From NCBI GenBank assembly GCA_030390025.1, contig CM059425.1:164116001-164180000 (forward strand): 64,000 nt of DNA, given 5' to 3'. Below, piece after piece: positions 25,895-38,415 of this stretch (its first letter is position 1; each line of letters starts with the position of its first letter). The notes beneath the pieces are model-generated. The model searched no databases and had not been told where the DNA came from. It was given only the letters and a program-made list of their open reading frames with translations. The stretch is from Squalus acanthias. Taxonomy: Eukaryota. Both the position numbers and the translations under genes were made by a program.

Positions 25895-26640
25895 AATCCA
25901 GTGTACCTTCTGCAATATCGACCAAATGCTCCCAAGGGGGAATTGTTAAAAACAATCTGAGGAATTCATTGTGCAAGAGCTGTGACACATCTTTAACGGG
26001 AGCTGTCCATTGCTGAAATCCACAGAGATCAACAACCATTTAGAACCACCACATCCTAATACCGTGCATTTAGCTTCACGGACATCACCAATAAAATGAC
26101 ATTTAGCGCCAGTTTTTAGAATTCTTTTTTGAAATCTAGTTCCCACCGATGTTCGGGAGGATGCTGCATTCAGAGCAAGTGTATTTAGCAAATAAAATAC
26201 GGTAAGAACTGACTTTTCACCAATAATCACAGGCGAGAGATCGTTTTCCAGAAAGCAGTATCTGCGGTTAGTTTTTGCAGTTTTTCTGACTGCAACCAAC
26301 ATATTGCAACTCTTCATCCGGATTAGATAGATAGATGGGGGGGTTAAATAGAGATCGAAATTGCAAAAGCTCCAGCCTTGGAACAAATCGGATTTCACTG
26401 CCCACAAGATCAGATGCTAATGGATACAATCCCACCAGTTGTATTTTTGTTACATTAGACAGCAGAGAAACGATAGAAAAATTAGCAACTGACTAAACTA
26501 CAGAGCCAATTGAGTCTATTTCTGGGTTAGAATGGTTTCACACATTAAGAGGAAATGTAACAGTAAGCAACTTTGCACAGTGAATCCAATTTGTAACGAC
26601 TATACTGGGGCTGAATTTGGGTAATCCATTCTCACTTCCA

Positions 26641-27725
26641 ATAAGAACATAAGAAATAGGAGCAGGAGTAGGCCATTTGGCCCCTCGAGCCTGCTCCGCC
26701 ATTCAGTGAGATCTTGGCTGATCTTCTACCTCAACTCCACTTTCCTGCACTATCCCCATATCCCTTGATTCCCTTAATATCCAAAAATCTACCGATCTCT
26801 GTCTTGAATATACTCAACGACTGAGCATCCACAGCCCTCTGGGGTAGAGAATTCCAAAGATTCACAACCCTTTGAGTGAAGACATTTCTCCTTATCTCAG
26901 TCCTAAATGGCCGACCCCCTATTCTGAGACTGTGACCCCTGGTTCTAGACTCCCCAGTGAGGGGAAACATCCTCCCTGCATCTACCCTGTCAAGCCCCTT
27001 TAGAATTTTATATGTTTCAATGAGATCATCTTTCATTCTTCTAAACTCTAGGGAATATAGGCCTAGTCTACTCAATCTCTCCTCATAGGACAATCCCCTC
27101 ATCCCAGGAATCAGTCTAGTGAACCTTTGTTGCACTCCCTCTAAGGCAAGTATATCCTTCCTTAGGTATGGGGATCAAAACTGTACACAATACTCCAGGT
27201 GTGGTCTCACCAGACCGTATATAATTGCAGTATGACTTCTTTAATCTTATACTCCAATTCCTTTGTAATAAAGGCTAACATACCATTTGCTTTCCTAATT
27301 GCTTGCTGTACCTGCATGTTAACTTTCAGTGATTCGTGTACAAGGACACCCAGGTCCCTCTGAATACCAACATTTTGTCTCACCTTTTAAAAAATACTCT
27401 GCTTTTCTGTTTTTCCTACCAAGGTGGATAACTTTACATTTTTCCACTTAATATTCCATCTGCCATGTCCTTGCCCATTCACTTAACCTGTCTCTATCCC
27501 CTTGAAGCCTCTTTGCGTCCTCCTCACAACTTACTTTCCCACCTAGCTTGGTATCATCAGAAAACTTGGATACATTACACTCGGTTCCCTCATCCAAATC
27601 ATTGATGTAGATTGTGAATAGCTGAGGCCCAAGCACTGATCCTCGTGGTACCCCACTAGTTAGAGCCTGCCAACCTGAAAATGACCCATTTATTCCTACT
27701 CTCTGTTTTCTGTCTGTTAACCAAT
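26641..27725 (-). mobile_element. 5'-truncated CR1 LINE ~750 bp upstream of the promoter CRE
   Basis: GVPRGSVLGP, FSDDTKL and NLWNSLP motifs, with intact 3' tail. Confidence 0.92.
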
Positions 27726-28471
27726 CCGCAGTCGTAAGTGCCCCGCAAGTTCCGAGTTTCCGTATGTGCTGCGCATGTGCGAAAACCCAGAACTTGCAAT
27801 CTGTCAAGTTTCAGCTTGACAGATCATCCGCATGTGCAGGAAATGGACATTCGTTGGTGCAGGGTTGGGCTATTTGCCCAACTACTGCCCAGCGAATGCC
27901 CATGAAACTCTTACTCCTGGTAAAAGCAGGCATAGGGCCTTCTTTTACCAGCGTAAGGGTTTAAATAAATATTAAAATAAATTTTTAAAAATCATTTAAA
28001 CATTCAAAAATCTTTAAAATTAGTTTAGGTTATTTTTGGCCCCTTTAAAAATGTTTAAATTTATTTTTCAAAAACTTAAATTTTTGTTTTAAATGTTTAA
28101 TTAAATTATATTTTAATTAATTTTTAACATGCAATGATTTATTTTTATTTAAGTGTGTTGAAAGTGTGTTTTTTTATGGGATTCCTATTATGCTTATGGG
28201 GATTCTGTACGTAAATGGAATCCCCATAAGCACAATGGGAATCCCCCTTTTTGATTGGTTGGGCTGGACCACGTGATCCCAGGGACGCTTGCGAACCGCA
28301 TGCGCCCCTGGGATACGTGGGCCTTCACACAGGCGTATGCCTGCAGGCCCAGGACTGCAAGAGTCGGAAGATATGGAGGCACCAAGTAGGTGTGTACTTT
28401 TCTTGCGGATCAGAGGCATTCGCCTGTGGGAAGATTCCGACTGCAATTTCAGGTCCCTTGATTTTCCGAGC
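27726..28471. mobile_element. Harbinger-type MITE lacking its left end
   Basis: TGCGCATG motifs, AT-rich core and CACGTG, as in 50999-51740. TIR-like GATTTTCCGAGC followed by TAA. Confidence 0.6.
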
Positions 28472-28479
28472 TAAGATCC

Positions 28480-29255
28480 TTTCTCTCTACTGTCTTCATC
28501 CCATCCTTTATTATCAGGGCTATCCACCAACCCGCCCCCACCCCACCCCACCCCTTTTCCATTTTGTCTATCTCTTCTAAAAGTCAAGTATCCTGGAATA
28601 TTTAAGTCCAAACATTGGTCACTCTGCAACCACGTCTCCGTAATGGCAATTAGATTAAACCCATTTATTTCTATCTGTGCTATTAATTAATCTATTTTGT
28701 TGTGAATGCTTCGCGCATTTAGAAATAGTGCCTTTAGCTTAAATTTTTTCTATTTTTCCCTGATGTCACCTTAGTCACTAATGCACTATTATCTTTGTTA
28801 AGCTCTCCGTCCCTTCCTGACCCACTCTGCTTATTTTTACCCAAATCACTACTCTGCTCAACTGCTTTGACTTTTCTCTCACTAAGTAACATGAAGGTAG
28901 TTAGTAATGCATTTGAAATTCACCCTTTCCTGAATCCTCCCACCTCCCCCCACCTCCGCCTTCATCAGTTTAAATTCCTATCAACTGCCCTAGTTATTTG
29001 ATTCGCCAGGACACTGGTCCCAGTCCAGTTTAAGTGGAGCCTGTCCCAATGGAACAGTTCCCTCTTTCCCCAGAACTAGTGCGAGTGCCCCATGAATCAA
29101 AGCCACACATTTTACCTTCTAATCTGTTTCTGCCTATGCCAATTTGAGTGTGGCTCAGGTAACAATCCAGAAATTATTACAAGTGAGGTTCTGCATTTTA
29201 ATTTGTACCCTAACTCCTGAAACTCTCTCAGCAGAACCACATTCATAGTTCTACC
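28480..29255 (-). mobile_element. CR1 ORF1-esterase/APE fragment (continues at 31674-31805)
   Basis: Reverse-complement match to 13385-14050. Confidence 0.85.
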
Positions 29256-31290
29256 TTTTTAAAAATTCATTTTATGGGATGTGGGCGTCGCTGGCAAGGC
29301 CAGCATTTATTGCCCATCCCTAGTTGCCCTTGAGAAGGTGGTGGTGAGCCGCCTTCTTGAACCGCTGCAATCCGTGTGGTGAAGGAACTCCCACAGTACT
29401 GTTAGATAGGGAGTTCCAGGATTTTGACCCAGCGACGATGAAGGATCGGCGATATACTTCTAAGTCAGGATGGTGTGTGACTTGGAGGGGAACTTGGAGG
29501 TGGTGGTGTTCCCATGCGCCTGCTGCCCTTGTCCTTCTAGGTGGAAGAGGTCGCGGGTTTGGGAGGTGCTGCCGAAGAAGCCTTGGCAAGTGCATCTTGT
29601 AGATGGTACACACTGCAGCCATGGTATGCCGGTGGTGGAGGGAGTGAATGTTTAAGGTGGTGGATGGGGTGCCAATCAAGCGGGCTGCTTTGTCCTTCAT
29701 GGTGTCGAGCTTCTTGAGTCTTGTTGGAGCTGCACTCATCCAGGCAAGTGGAGAGTATTCCATCACACTCCTTACTTGTGCCTTGTAGATGGTGGAAAGG
29801 CTTTGGGGAGTCAGGAGGTGAGACACTCGCTGCAGAATACCTAGCCTCTGACCTGCTCTTGTTGCCACAGTATTTATGTGGCTGGTCCAGTTAAGTTTCT
29901 GGTCAATGGTGACCCCCAGGATGTTGATGGTGGGGGATTCCGCGATGGTAATGCCTTTGAATGTCAAGGGGCTGTGGTTAGACTCTCGCTTGTTGGAGAT
30001 AGTCATTGCCTGGCACTTCTGTTGCGCGAATGTTACCTGCCACTTTTCAGTCCAAGCCTGAACATCGTGCGGGCATGGACTGCTTCATTATCTGAGGAGT
30101 TGTGAATGACACTGAACACTGTGCAATCATCAGCGAACATCCCCATTTCTGACCTTATGTTGGAGGGAAGGTCATTGATGAAGCAGCTGAAGATGGTTGG
30201 GACTAGGACACTGCCCTGAGGAACTCCTGCAGCGATGTCTTGGGGCTGTGATGATTGACCTTCAACCACCACAACCATCTTCCTTTGTGCTAGGTATGAC
30301 TCCAGCCAGTGGAGCGTTTTCCCCCCGATTCCCATTGACTTCAGTTTTACTCGGGCTCCTTGATGCCACACTCAGTTAAATGCTGCCTTGATGTTAAAGG
30401 CAGTCACTCACCTCACCTCTGGAATTCAGCTCCTTTGTCCATGTTTGGACCAAGGCTGTAATGAGGTCGGGAGCTGAGTGGTCTTGGCGGAACCCAAACT
30501 GGGCATCAGTGAGCAGGTTATTGGTGAGTAAGTGCTGCTTGATAGCACTGTCGATGACACCTTCCATCACTTTGCTGATGATTGAGAGTAGATTGATGGG
30601 GCAGTAATTGGCCGGGTTGGATTTGTCCTGCTTTTTGTGGACAGGACATACCTGGGCAGTTTTCCACATTGTCAGATAGATGCCAGTGTTGTAGCTGTAC
30701 TGGAACAGCTTGGCTAGAGACACGGCTAGTTCTGGAGCGCAAGTCTTCAGCACGATCGCCGGGATGTTGTCAGGGTCCATAGCCTTTGCTGTATCCAGTG
30801 CACTCAGCTGTTTCTTGATATCACGTGGAGTGAATCGATTTGGCTGAAGACTGGCTTCTGTGATGGTGGGAACCTCAGGAGGAGGCCGATATGGATCATC
30901 CACTCGGCACTTCTGGCTGAAGATGGTTGCAAACGCTTCAGCCTTGTCTTTGGCACTCATGAGCTGGGCTCCACCATCATTGAGGATGGGGATATTCATG
31001 GAGCCTCCTCCTCCCGGTAGTTGTTTAATGGTCCAGCACCATTCATGACATGGATGTGGCAGGACTGCAGAGCTTTGATCTGATCCGTTGATTGTGGGAT
31101 CGCTTAGTCCTGTCTATAGCATGCTGTTTCCGCTTTTTAGCATGCATGTAGTCCTGTGCTGCAGCTTCCCCAGGTTGGCACCTAATTTTTAGGTACGCCT
31201 GGTGCTGCTCCTGGCATGCTCTTTTACACTGCTGATTGAACCAGGGTTGGTCCCCTGGCTTGATGGTAATGGTAGAGTGAGAGATATGCG
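29256..31290 (-). mobile_element. CR1-clade LINE family 2, 5'-truncated
   Basis: PISLL-like, QFGFR, GVPQGS, FADD and RSVMEY RT motifs. The 3' end is shared with the SINE at 4435. Confidence 0.88.
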
Positions 31291-31673
31291 CTCTGAAACT
31301 GACCATCTCAAACATGGCATGCTTTACACCACTTCTGCAGCTGTCATCTTATCAGAAACATCAGGGCAGACACAAATCACATCAGGGTGAGCTGGCATGT
31401 TCCCTGAGCAGCAGGTAACCCGTGGAGGAGAGCGTAAAATTGGAAGGAAGCCTCAAAATAGCTTTAAATTGGCTGCTAACAAGCCATTTAATGATATAAA
31501 TTGTATTCCCCGCCGCTTGGTGTCGGGTCAGTTTTCCGCTGACAGACCCGACACCTGGGAGACTCGCGTGGAGGCGGGTTGACAGCGGGCTTCCTACCTG
31601 CTGTCAATCATAATGACTTTAACCTCTGACCCGCCTCCAAACCCGCCCTCTGAGCGCCGTCAAATTCGCAGCC
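31290..31673. mobile_element. Harbinger right-end fragment (same family as 4833)
   Basis: Matches 6138-6410 and ends in the TIR CAAATTCGCAGCC. Confidence 0.75.
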
Positions 31674-32689
31674 AAGTTCTTCTCCAGGAGATATCCTTAA
31701 CCCTGGCACTGGGTAGGCAACATAACCTTCGGAACTCCCGGTCATGGCTGCAGAGAACAGTAATAATCCCTCTGACTATACTGTCACCTACCACTACCAC
31801 ATTCCATAATATCAAAATCATTAAAAATACCAGGGATTTAAGACCATCTGCAGTTGTGCATATGTTTTGTGAATTAGAGTCATCTTGCCGTGTGTTTGTG
31901 CAAGAGAGAGAGAGAAAAGCGGCTGCAAATTCACACTGAACAGATCAAATTAATTTTTGTTATATTCTTCAAAAGCTTATCTCCGAGGTTGTTACCTAGA
32001 CTTTAGACGTATGTGATACCAGTCACAGTTACATCATTCTTCTGGATCAATATAATCTTGGAAAAATCAATCAAAACTCTAGCAGGGCACACTAGGTTTT
32101 AAACAGAATTTTTTTTATTATAAACAGAAATTTTGTTCATTTGAAACTATATTTAACAAGTACCTAAATGGTATGTAGAAGGCAATTGATGAAAACATTT
32201 GTCAATAAAGCACATCTAACCTCACATTTTAAATATAAAGTGTGGTTTGTTCAATAAACGGGGCACATTTTTGCCAATGTGAATCTACAACACTACAGAT
32301 TAAAAGTACCTTCAGTGTTTTTTCTTTGAAACTATCCTTTTTGAGTAGAATTGCATTTCCACTGTTATTTTTATCTTCTGAAAAAAATTAAATTGTATGT
32401 TACCATATATAGTTAGCAACATTTTAAGGCAAACTGAACCAGATGTCTATCTGATTTACAGAAAACCTGAGCTCATTCGTTTTATTTAGTGTGATAGCTA
32501 CCAATGGCTGTGTAAATTATTAATCTAATGTATTTCAATGTTTTACAGCAAAATTACTAAATTCTTTTATCAAAAATTCTGATCCTACAGAGCACCTATA
32601 GCCTATCAGGCAACACCTTCCTAAATTGGTATTGCCTATCTGAGGCACTATATGGAAACACCAATGGAGCTAAATCCAGATTATAAATA

Positions 32690-32812
32690 TAAGAAAGAAG
32701 AATGAAAGAAAGACTTGCATTTATATAGCACCTTTCATGACCACCGGGCGTCTCAAAACGCTTTACAGCCAATGAAGTACTTTTGGAGTGTAGTCACTGT
32801 TGGACTGTGGGA
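32690..32812 (-). mobile_element. DeuSINE tail fragment
   Basis: Matches 305-415. Confidence 0.7.
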
Positions 32813-32814
32813 AT

Positions 32815-33486
32815 ATACGGACATTGATGGATAGAAAGACCCTTTGGTCCATCCAGCCTGTCCCACACAACTGTGATGCCTTGTGCATCAAAATACATAC
32901 ACTCCCCACCCCACCTGAAAGCCATGTAATCTCCTGGGAGAGGCGAAAAATCAGATGAAAACCCAGGCCAATTAGGGGGGGAAATCTGGAAAATTCCTCT
33001 CCGACCTCCTTAGGTGATCACAACTAGTCCAGGAGCCCACTCTGGTCCTGATTAATGTTATATTGTGTCTTTATACAAGGTGATCTCCACCCCAGCCAGA
33101 AACAGGTCCAGCTCTCGCTTGAAGGAATTCAGCGAATCAGCCTTCACCACACAAGTCGGCAGCCTGTTCCACCTCCTATCATTTAACCTAGTTCTGCCTT
33201 TACATAACTTGAGATTGTGACCCCTGGTTCTCCCTAACTTATTTAGTTGAAACAATTTGACTACACAAAAACAATCTAGTCCCTTCATCATCTTATAAAC
33301 CTAGATCAAATCACCCCTAAGTCTATACTTCTCTAAAGTGTAGAGTCCCAGCTCTTTGAACCTATCTTGATAACTAATGCTGTTACTGATGCTTTAGACT
33401 GGGAATTAATCTTGTGGCTCTCCTCTGCACCCTTTCCAAAGCCTCAATATCACCCACCATGTGAGGAGACCAAAACTGGACACAGT
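32815..33486 (-). mobile_element. CR1 3' fragment
   Basis: CVQFWSPH, LERVQRRATRLIP and TRGHNLKL motifs. Confidence 0.8.
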
Positions 33487-33927
33487 GGGCTGGATTTTGA
33501 ATGAACCATGGAGTCGGGTTTGGAGGCGTGTGGGGGGTTAAATTTGCGGGGTCGGGGGTCCTGACCCCATCCCGACTCCATCCCACCTCCACGCAATTTT
33601 GACAAAATCAGTCGTGGGGTTCCCGACTCCGTCCCGCCTCCAAGAGGCGGGAGAGGCCATTAAAGCCCTTAACAAGCCCTAAATTGGCTCTGTAATGCCA
33701 TTTTGAAACGTTTTAGCTAGTTTAACCCTTTTCCGACGTGAAGTACGCCTGATGTGAAACACTCCAGTGAAACCTGGCGGGAGCACAAATGGATAGCTGA
33801 CTATCAGCTGCAGGTCCACTATTACAACGGAGATCTGATGAAGGTAGTACTACTATTAGGTGTGAAAGTCGCCTCTGATGCTGCTGCTGCATTAGAGGAC
33901 TTGGATACAAAAACATTCTTTCTCTCG

Positions 33928-33960
<33 letters not shown>

Positions 33961-34241
33961 TCTCCAGGCAAAAGCCATGCAGGTCCTCTCTCACCAACAT
34001 CCAGTCAGTCTCTGAGACCAGGCAGTCAGTCTCTGACCTGCAATGCAGCAGCAATGATGACATCATCAGAGGTGACTTTCAGACTGAAACCACTAATTGG
34101 TTCATGGGTTCCCACATGCTGGAACTCAATTGCCCAATTAAGTGAAAATTGCATCATTCATCCACATTAATCTGGAGTCAGGGGGGAACACGAAATGCGG
34201 ATGACACGACCCCAACCCAACCCCAAGACAAAATCCAGCCC
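33487..34241. mobile_element. Harbinger-type MITE with perfect 13-bp TIRs
   Basis: GGGCTGGATTTTG / CAAAATCCAGCCC with AGT TSD. Removing it restores the CR1 sequence ggacacagtattc. Internal (TC)n at ~33920-33964. Confidence 0.9.
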
Positions 34242-34809
34242 AGTATTCTAGTAGTATTATTGGTGAACAATGCACCTGTTGATTAGTTTACAAAATGCTC
34301 AATTGGAATTTAAATGGGTAAAAGGTCAATCAAAGGAACCATATTAATTTCAGAATTTTTCTGAAATTATTTAAACTGGGACTGTGTTTATTCTCTAATA
34401 TATGTACCAGTTTGGTGTATTGTAAGTCTCTACAAATATAAATAGGTTCACATATTGAAACTAGTGCAAAAGAAAATAATTATACTTTCCAGCTCAAGCC
34501 TAATTTAAGAACAATATTCTACCATATAGGTACTTACCAGGTTGAGTATTTGGAGTTCCCACATCCCATCCAAATGGGAAATATTTTGTTTAGTTGGTGA
34601 GGTGTGGATGGTTGCATTATCCTTTCATTTGAGAATTGTTTGTGAAAACAGCAAAGTTATTGCCACAGTTAAAAACACTGATGGCTTGACCGCGTTGTGG
34701 GAAAAAATATTCAGATGATTAAAAACAAATTACAACCATTTTGTGGGGTGTTTTCCACAGTTGTCAACATTATTCAACAACAGGAGCCATCACCAACCCA
34801 ATTGTGTCC

Positions 34810-34960
34810 TTGGAACATAGGAATTGTTAAATGAAAAAAGACCAATCTCCATCCAGTTCGTCTTCTACAATCTTGGTAGTCGCTTGACACAATGATAATG
34901 GAGTTGTTGACAAAGCATAGCAATCAGTCGCTATCAATTAGTTTACAACAGACCCAGATG
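34810..34960 (-). repeat. Interspersed repeat (probable old LINE 3' UTR); second copy at 63728-63850
   Basis: Shared ggaacataggaattg...ggtagtcg...tagcaatca...ctatcaattagt.tacaacagac. Confidence 0.65.
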
Positions 34961-36189
34961 TTCACACATGTGGACTTTCACCTAGTTTTATTGAATATAC
35001 TGAGACTAGGACCCTGGACTCTTTCTAACCCAGGGCACTGAAGCTATTTGTCACACTCCAAATGGCACCCTGACTGAGCTCAGCAAACTCAGCAGAGCAA
35101 GAATTGAAACTGGGTCCTTCCTAATTTGTTGCCTCAGCTGATTACTCGTTGAGCCTTTGGGAGACAGCATATTTTCATCTTTTAACTTTCATTTTTTGAA
35201 CACAATAGGAATGGTGAATCATTGTTAATCCCATTATTTCTACCAGCACTGAATTTTTTTCAAAAATACTGTTCACTAACTATAACGAAGTGAATCACAT
35301 GATTTAGTGAACAAGTAATATTGCAGATTCTGAAGTGGGATTAGGCAGGAAAGCAAATCTTCCACTGCTCATTGAAAATACAGCAAGTCAGTTTCCTTTC
35401 ATGGGGCAAGATGAAAACACAGTTCAGGTCTTATATTTAACACTATAGGCTGAATTTTCCTGTAGCTATTAGCAAATTGGCAGTGTCATCACATGTTCAT
35501 TGACATTTTGCAATAATTATGACAGTAGGATATTTACTGGCAGTGGACACTTCCTACTGTGCAATATATACCAACAGTAATTCATGCTGAAACTATGCTT
35601 ATGAATCTATTGAAACCCGAATCAGATTGTGTAATGGTGGATAATGCATTAGTTTATTATGCATAAATCTACAACAAATTCTTGCATTAATAAGTAATGG
35701 GTTTAGACCAAGTTCAACTGGATTTTCACAGCAGAAATAAAAATATGTTCATGGAAACACAGCCTGTAATGGCTGAAGTGGCAATTATTCCACTGGATAG
35801 CAGAAGCAGGTGCATGAGAACATGATACACGCGGGCAGTAGGCATCCAATGAAATTCACAAAAAGGCAGTACCTCATTGAAGTTCTGATTGACATATGAC
35901 AGGAAATGGACAGCAAGTTGCAATCTCTTTTTGATAATTTCAAATGCATTACCAACTACCTCCATGCTACTTAGTCCTTCCAATCAATGTATTGTGAATC
36001 AGCCAGTCAATGTGTTAAATTACAGTAAACAATTCACACCTGCCCTGGTCAGTTGGGCACATCTTAAACATAACGTTCCACAGAATTGAGCAGCTGCAAC
36101 TGGAAACTCAGCAACACTTTTATGGCAAGATGTGATTAATTATAAACATGAAGACATACATGTGCCTTTGTACTTGCTATCTAAATAGA

Positions 36190-38380
36190 AAAGGATTTCA
36201 TTTGATGAATGAGTAATGATAGATTGGGGAGCTTCATTAAAAGGCATGATGGTGGATAGTCAATGGCTAACATTTAAGGAATGAATGCATGAATTGCAAC
36301 TGTTATACATTCCTTTCTGGCGCAAAAACACAAAAGGAAAAGCAGCCCGACCATGGCTAACAAAAGAAATTAAGGATAGTATTTGATCCAAAGAGGAGTC
36401 ATATAAAGTTGCCAGAAAAAGTAGCAAGCCTGAGGATTGGGAACAGTTTAGAGTTCAGCAAAAAAGGACCAAGAGATTGATTAAGAGGGGAAAAATAGAG
36501 TATGAGAGTAAACTTGCAAGGAACATAAAAGTGGACTGTAAAGTCTTCTACAAGTATGTAAAAAGAAAAAGATTAATGAAGACAAATGTAGGTCCCTTAC
36601 AGTCAGAAACGGGAGAATTTATAATGGGGAACAAGGAAATGTCAGAGCAATTAAACAAATACTTTGGTTCTGTCTTCACGGAAGAGGACACAAATAACTT
36701 CCCAGAAATGCTAGGGAACCAAGGGCCTAGTGAGAAGGAGGAATTAAAGGAAATTAGTATTAGTAAAAAAAATAGTGCTGGAGAAATTAATGGGACTGAA
36801 AGCTGATAAATCCCCAGGGCCTGATAATCTGCATCCCAGAGTACTAAAAGAGGTAGCCATGGAAATAGTGGATGCATTGGTTGTCATCTTCCAAAATTCT
36901 ATAGATTATGGACCAGTTCCTGCAGATTGGAGGGTGGCAAATGTAACCCTACTATTTAAAAAAGGAGGGAGAGAGAAAACCACGAACTACAGACCGGTTA
37001 GCCTAACATCAGTAGTAGGGAAAATGCTAGAGTCTGTTATAAAGGATGTGATAACAGGACACTTAGAGAATATCAACGGGATTAGACAAAGCCAACATGG
37101 ATTTATGAAAGGGAAATCGTGTTTGACAAACCTACTGGAATTTTTGAGGATGTAACTGGTAGAATAGATAAGGGAGAACCAGTGGATGTGGTGTATTTGG
37201 ATTTTCAGAAGGCCTTTGATAAAGTCCCACATAAGAGGTTAGTGTGCAAAATTAAAGCACATGGGATTGGAGGTAATATACTGGCATGGATTGAAAATTG
37301 GTTAACAGCCAGGAAACAGAGAGTAGGAATAAATGAGTCTTTTTCGGGGTGGCAGGCGGTGACTAGTGGGGTACCGCAGGGATCAGTGCTTGGGCCCCAG
37401 CTATTCACAATACATATCAATGATTTGGATGAGGGAACCAAATCTAATATTTCAAGTTTGCTGATGACACAAAACTAGGTGGGATTGTGAGTTATGAGGA
37501 GGATGCAAAGAGGCTTCAAGGCGATTTAGACAAGTTGAGTGAGTGGGCAAATACATGGCAGATGCAGTATAATGTGGATAAATGTGAAGTTATCCACTTC
37601 GGTAGGAAAAACAGAAAGGTAGAGTATTATTTAAATAGTGATAGATTGGGAAATGCTGATGTACAAAGGAACTTGGGTGTTCTTGTACACCAGTCACTGA
37701 AAGCAAACATGCAGGTGCAGCAACCAGTTAGGAAGGCAAATGGTATGTTGGCCTTCATTGCAAGAGGATTTGAGTGCAGGAGCAAGGATGTCTTACTACA
37801 GTTATTCAGGGCCTTGGTGAGACCACACCTGGAGTACTGTGTGCAGTTTTGGTCTCCTTACCTAAGAAAGGATATACATGCCATAGAGGGAGTGCAGCGA
37901 AAGTTCACCAGACTGATTCCTGGGATGGTAGGACTGTCGTATGAGGAGAGATTGGGTCAACTAGGCCTGTATTCACTAGAGTTTAGAAGAATGAGAGGGG
38001 ATCTCATTGAAACGTATAAAATTCTGACCGGGCTAGACAGACTGGATGCAGGGAGGATGTTTCCCCTGGCTGGGGGATCTAGAACGAGGGGTCACAGTCT
38101 CAGGATACCAGGACTGAGATGAGGAGAAATTTCTTCACTCAGAGGGTGGTGAACCTGTGGAATTCTCTACCACAGAAGGCTGTGGAGGCCATGTCACTGA
38201 ATATATTTAAGAAGGAGATAGATAGATTTCTAGACACAAAAGGCATCAAGGGGTATGGGGGGAGAGCGGGAATATGGTATTGAGATAAAGGATCAGCCAT
38301 GATCATATTGAATGGCAGAGCAGGCTCGAAGGGCCGAATGGCCTACTCCTGCTCCTATTTTTCTATGTTTCTATGTTTCT
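36190..38380 (+). mobile_element. 5'-truncated CR1 LINE with near-complete RT
   Basis: [32 protein letters not shown] and FADD motifs; tail (ttctatgt)n. Confidence 0.95.
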
Positions 38381-38415
38381 AATGAATTATATAAATATAA
38401 TGACAAAAAGTCTTT

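Larger units (their letters stand above)
24050..26470. promoter_or_regulatory. CpG-retaining promoter/first-intron domain of PCSK1
   Basis: Visibly more CG dinucleotides than flanking unique DNA despite AT-rich composition, and almost no repeats. Boundaries are approximate. Confidence 0.55.

Noticed and set aside
25946..26407. 153-aa ORF upstream of PCSK1
   Set aside because: Non-ATG start, no recognisable domain, and lies in promoter DNA.
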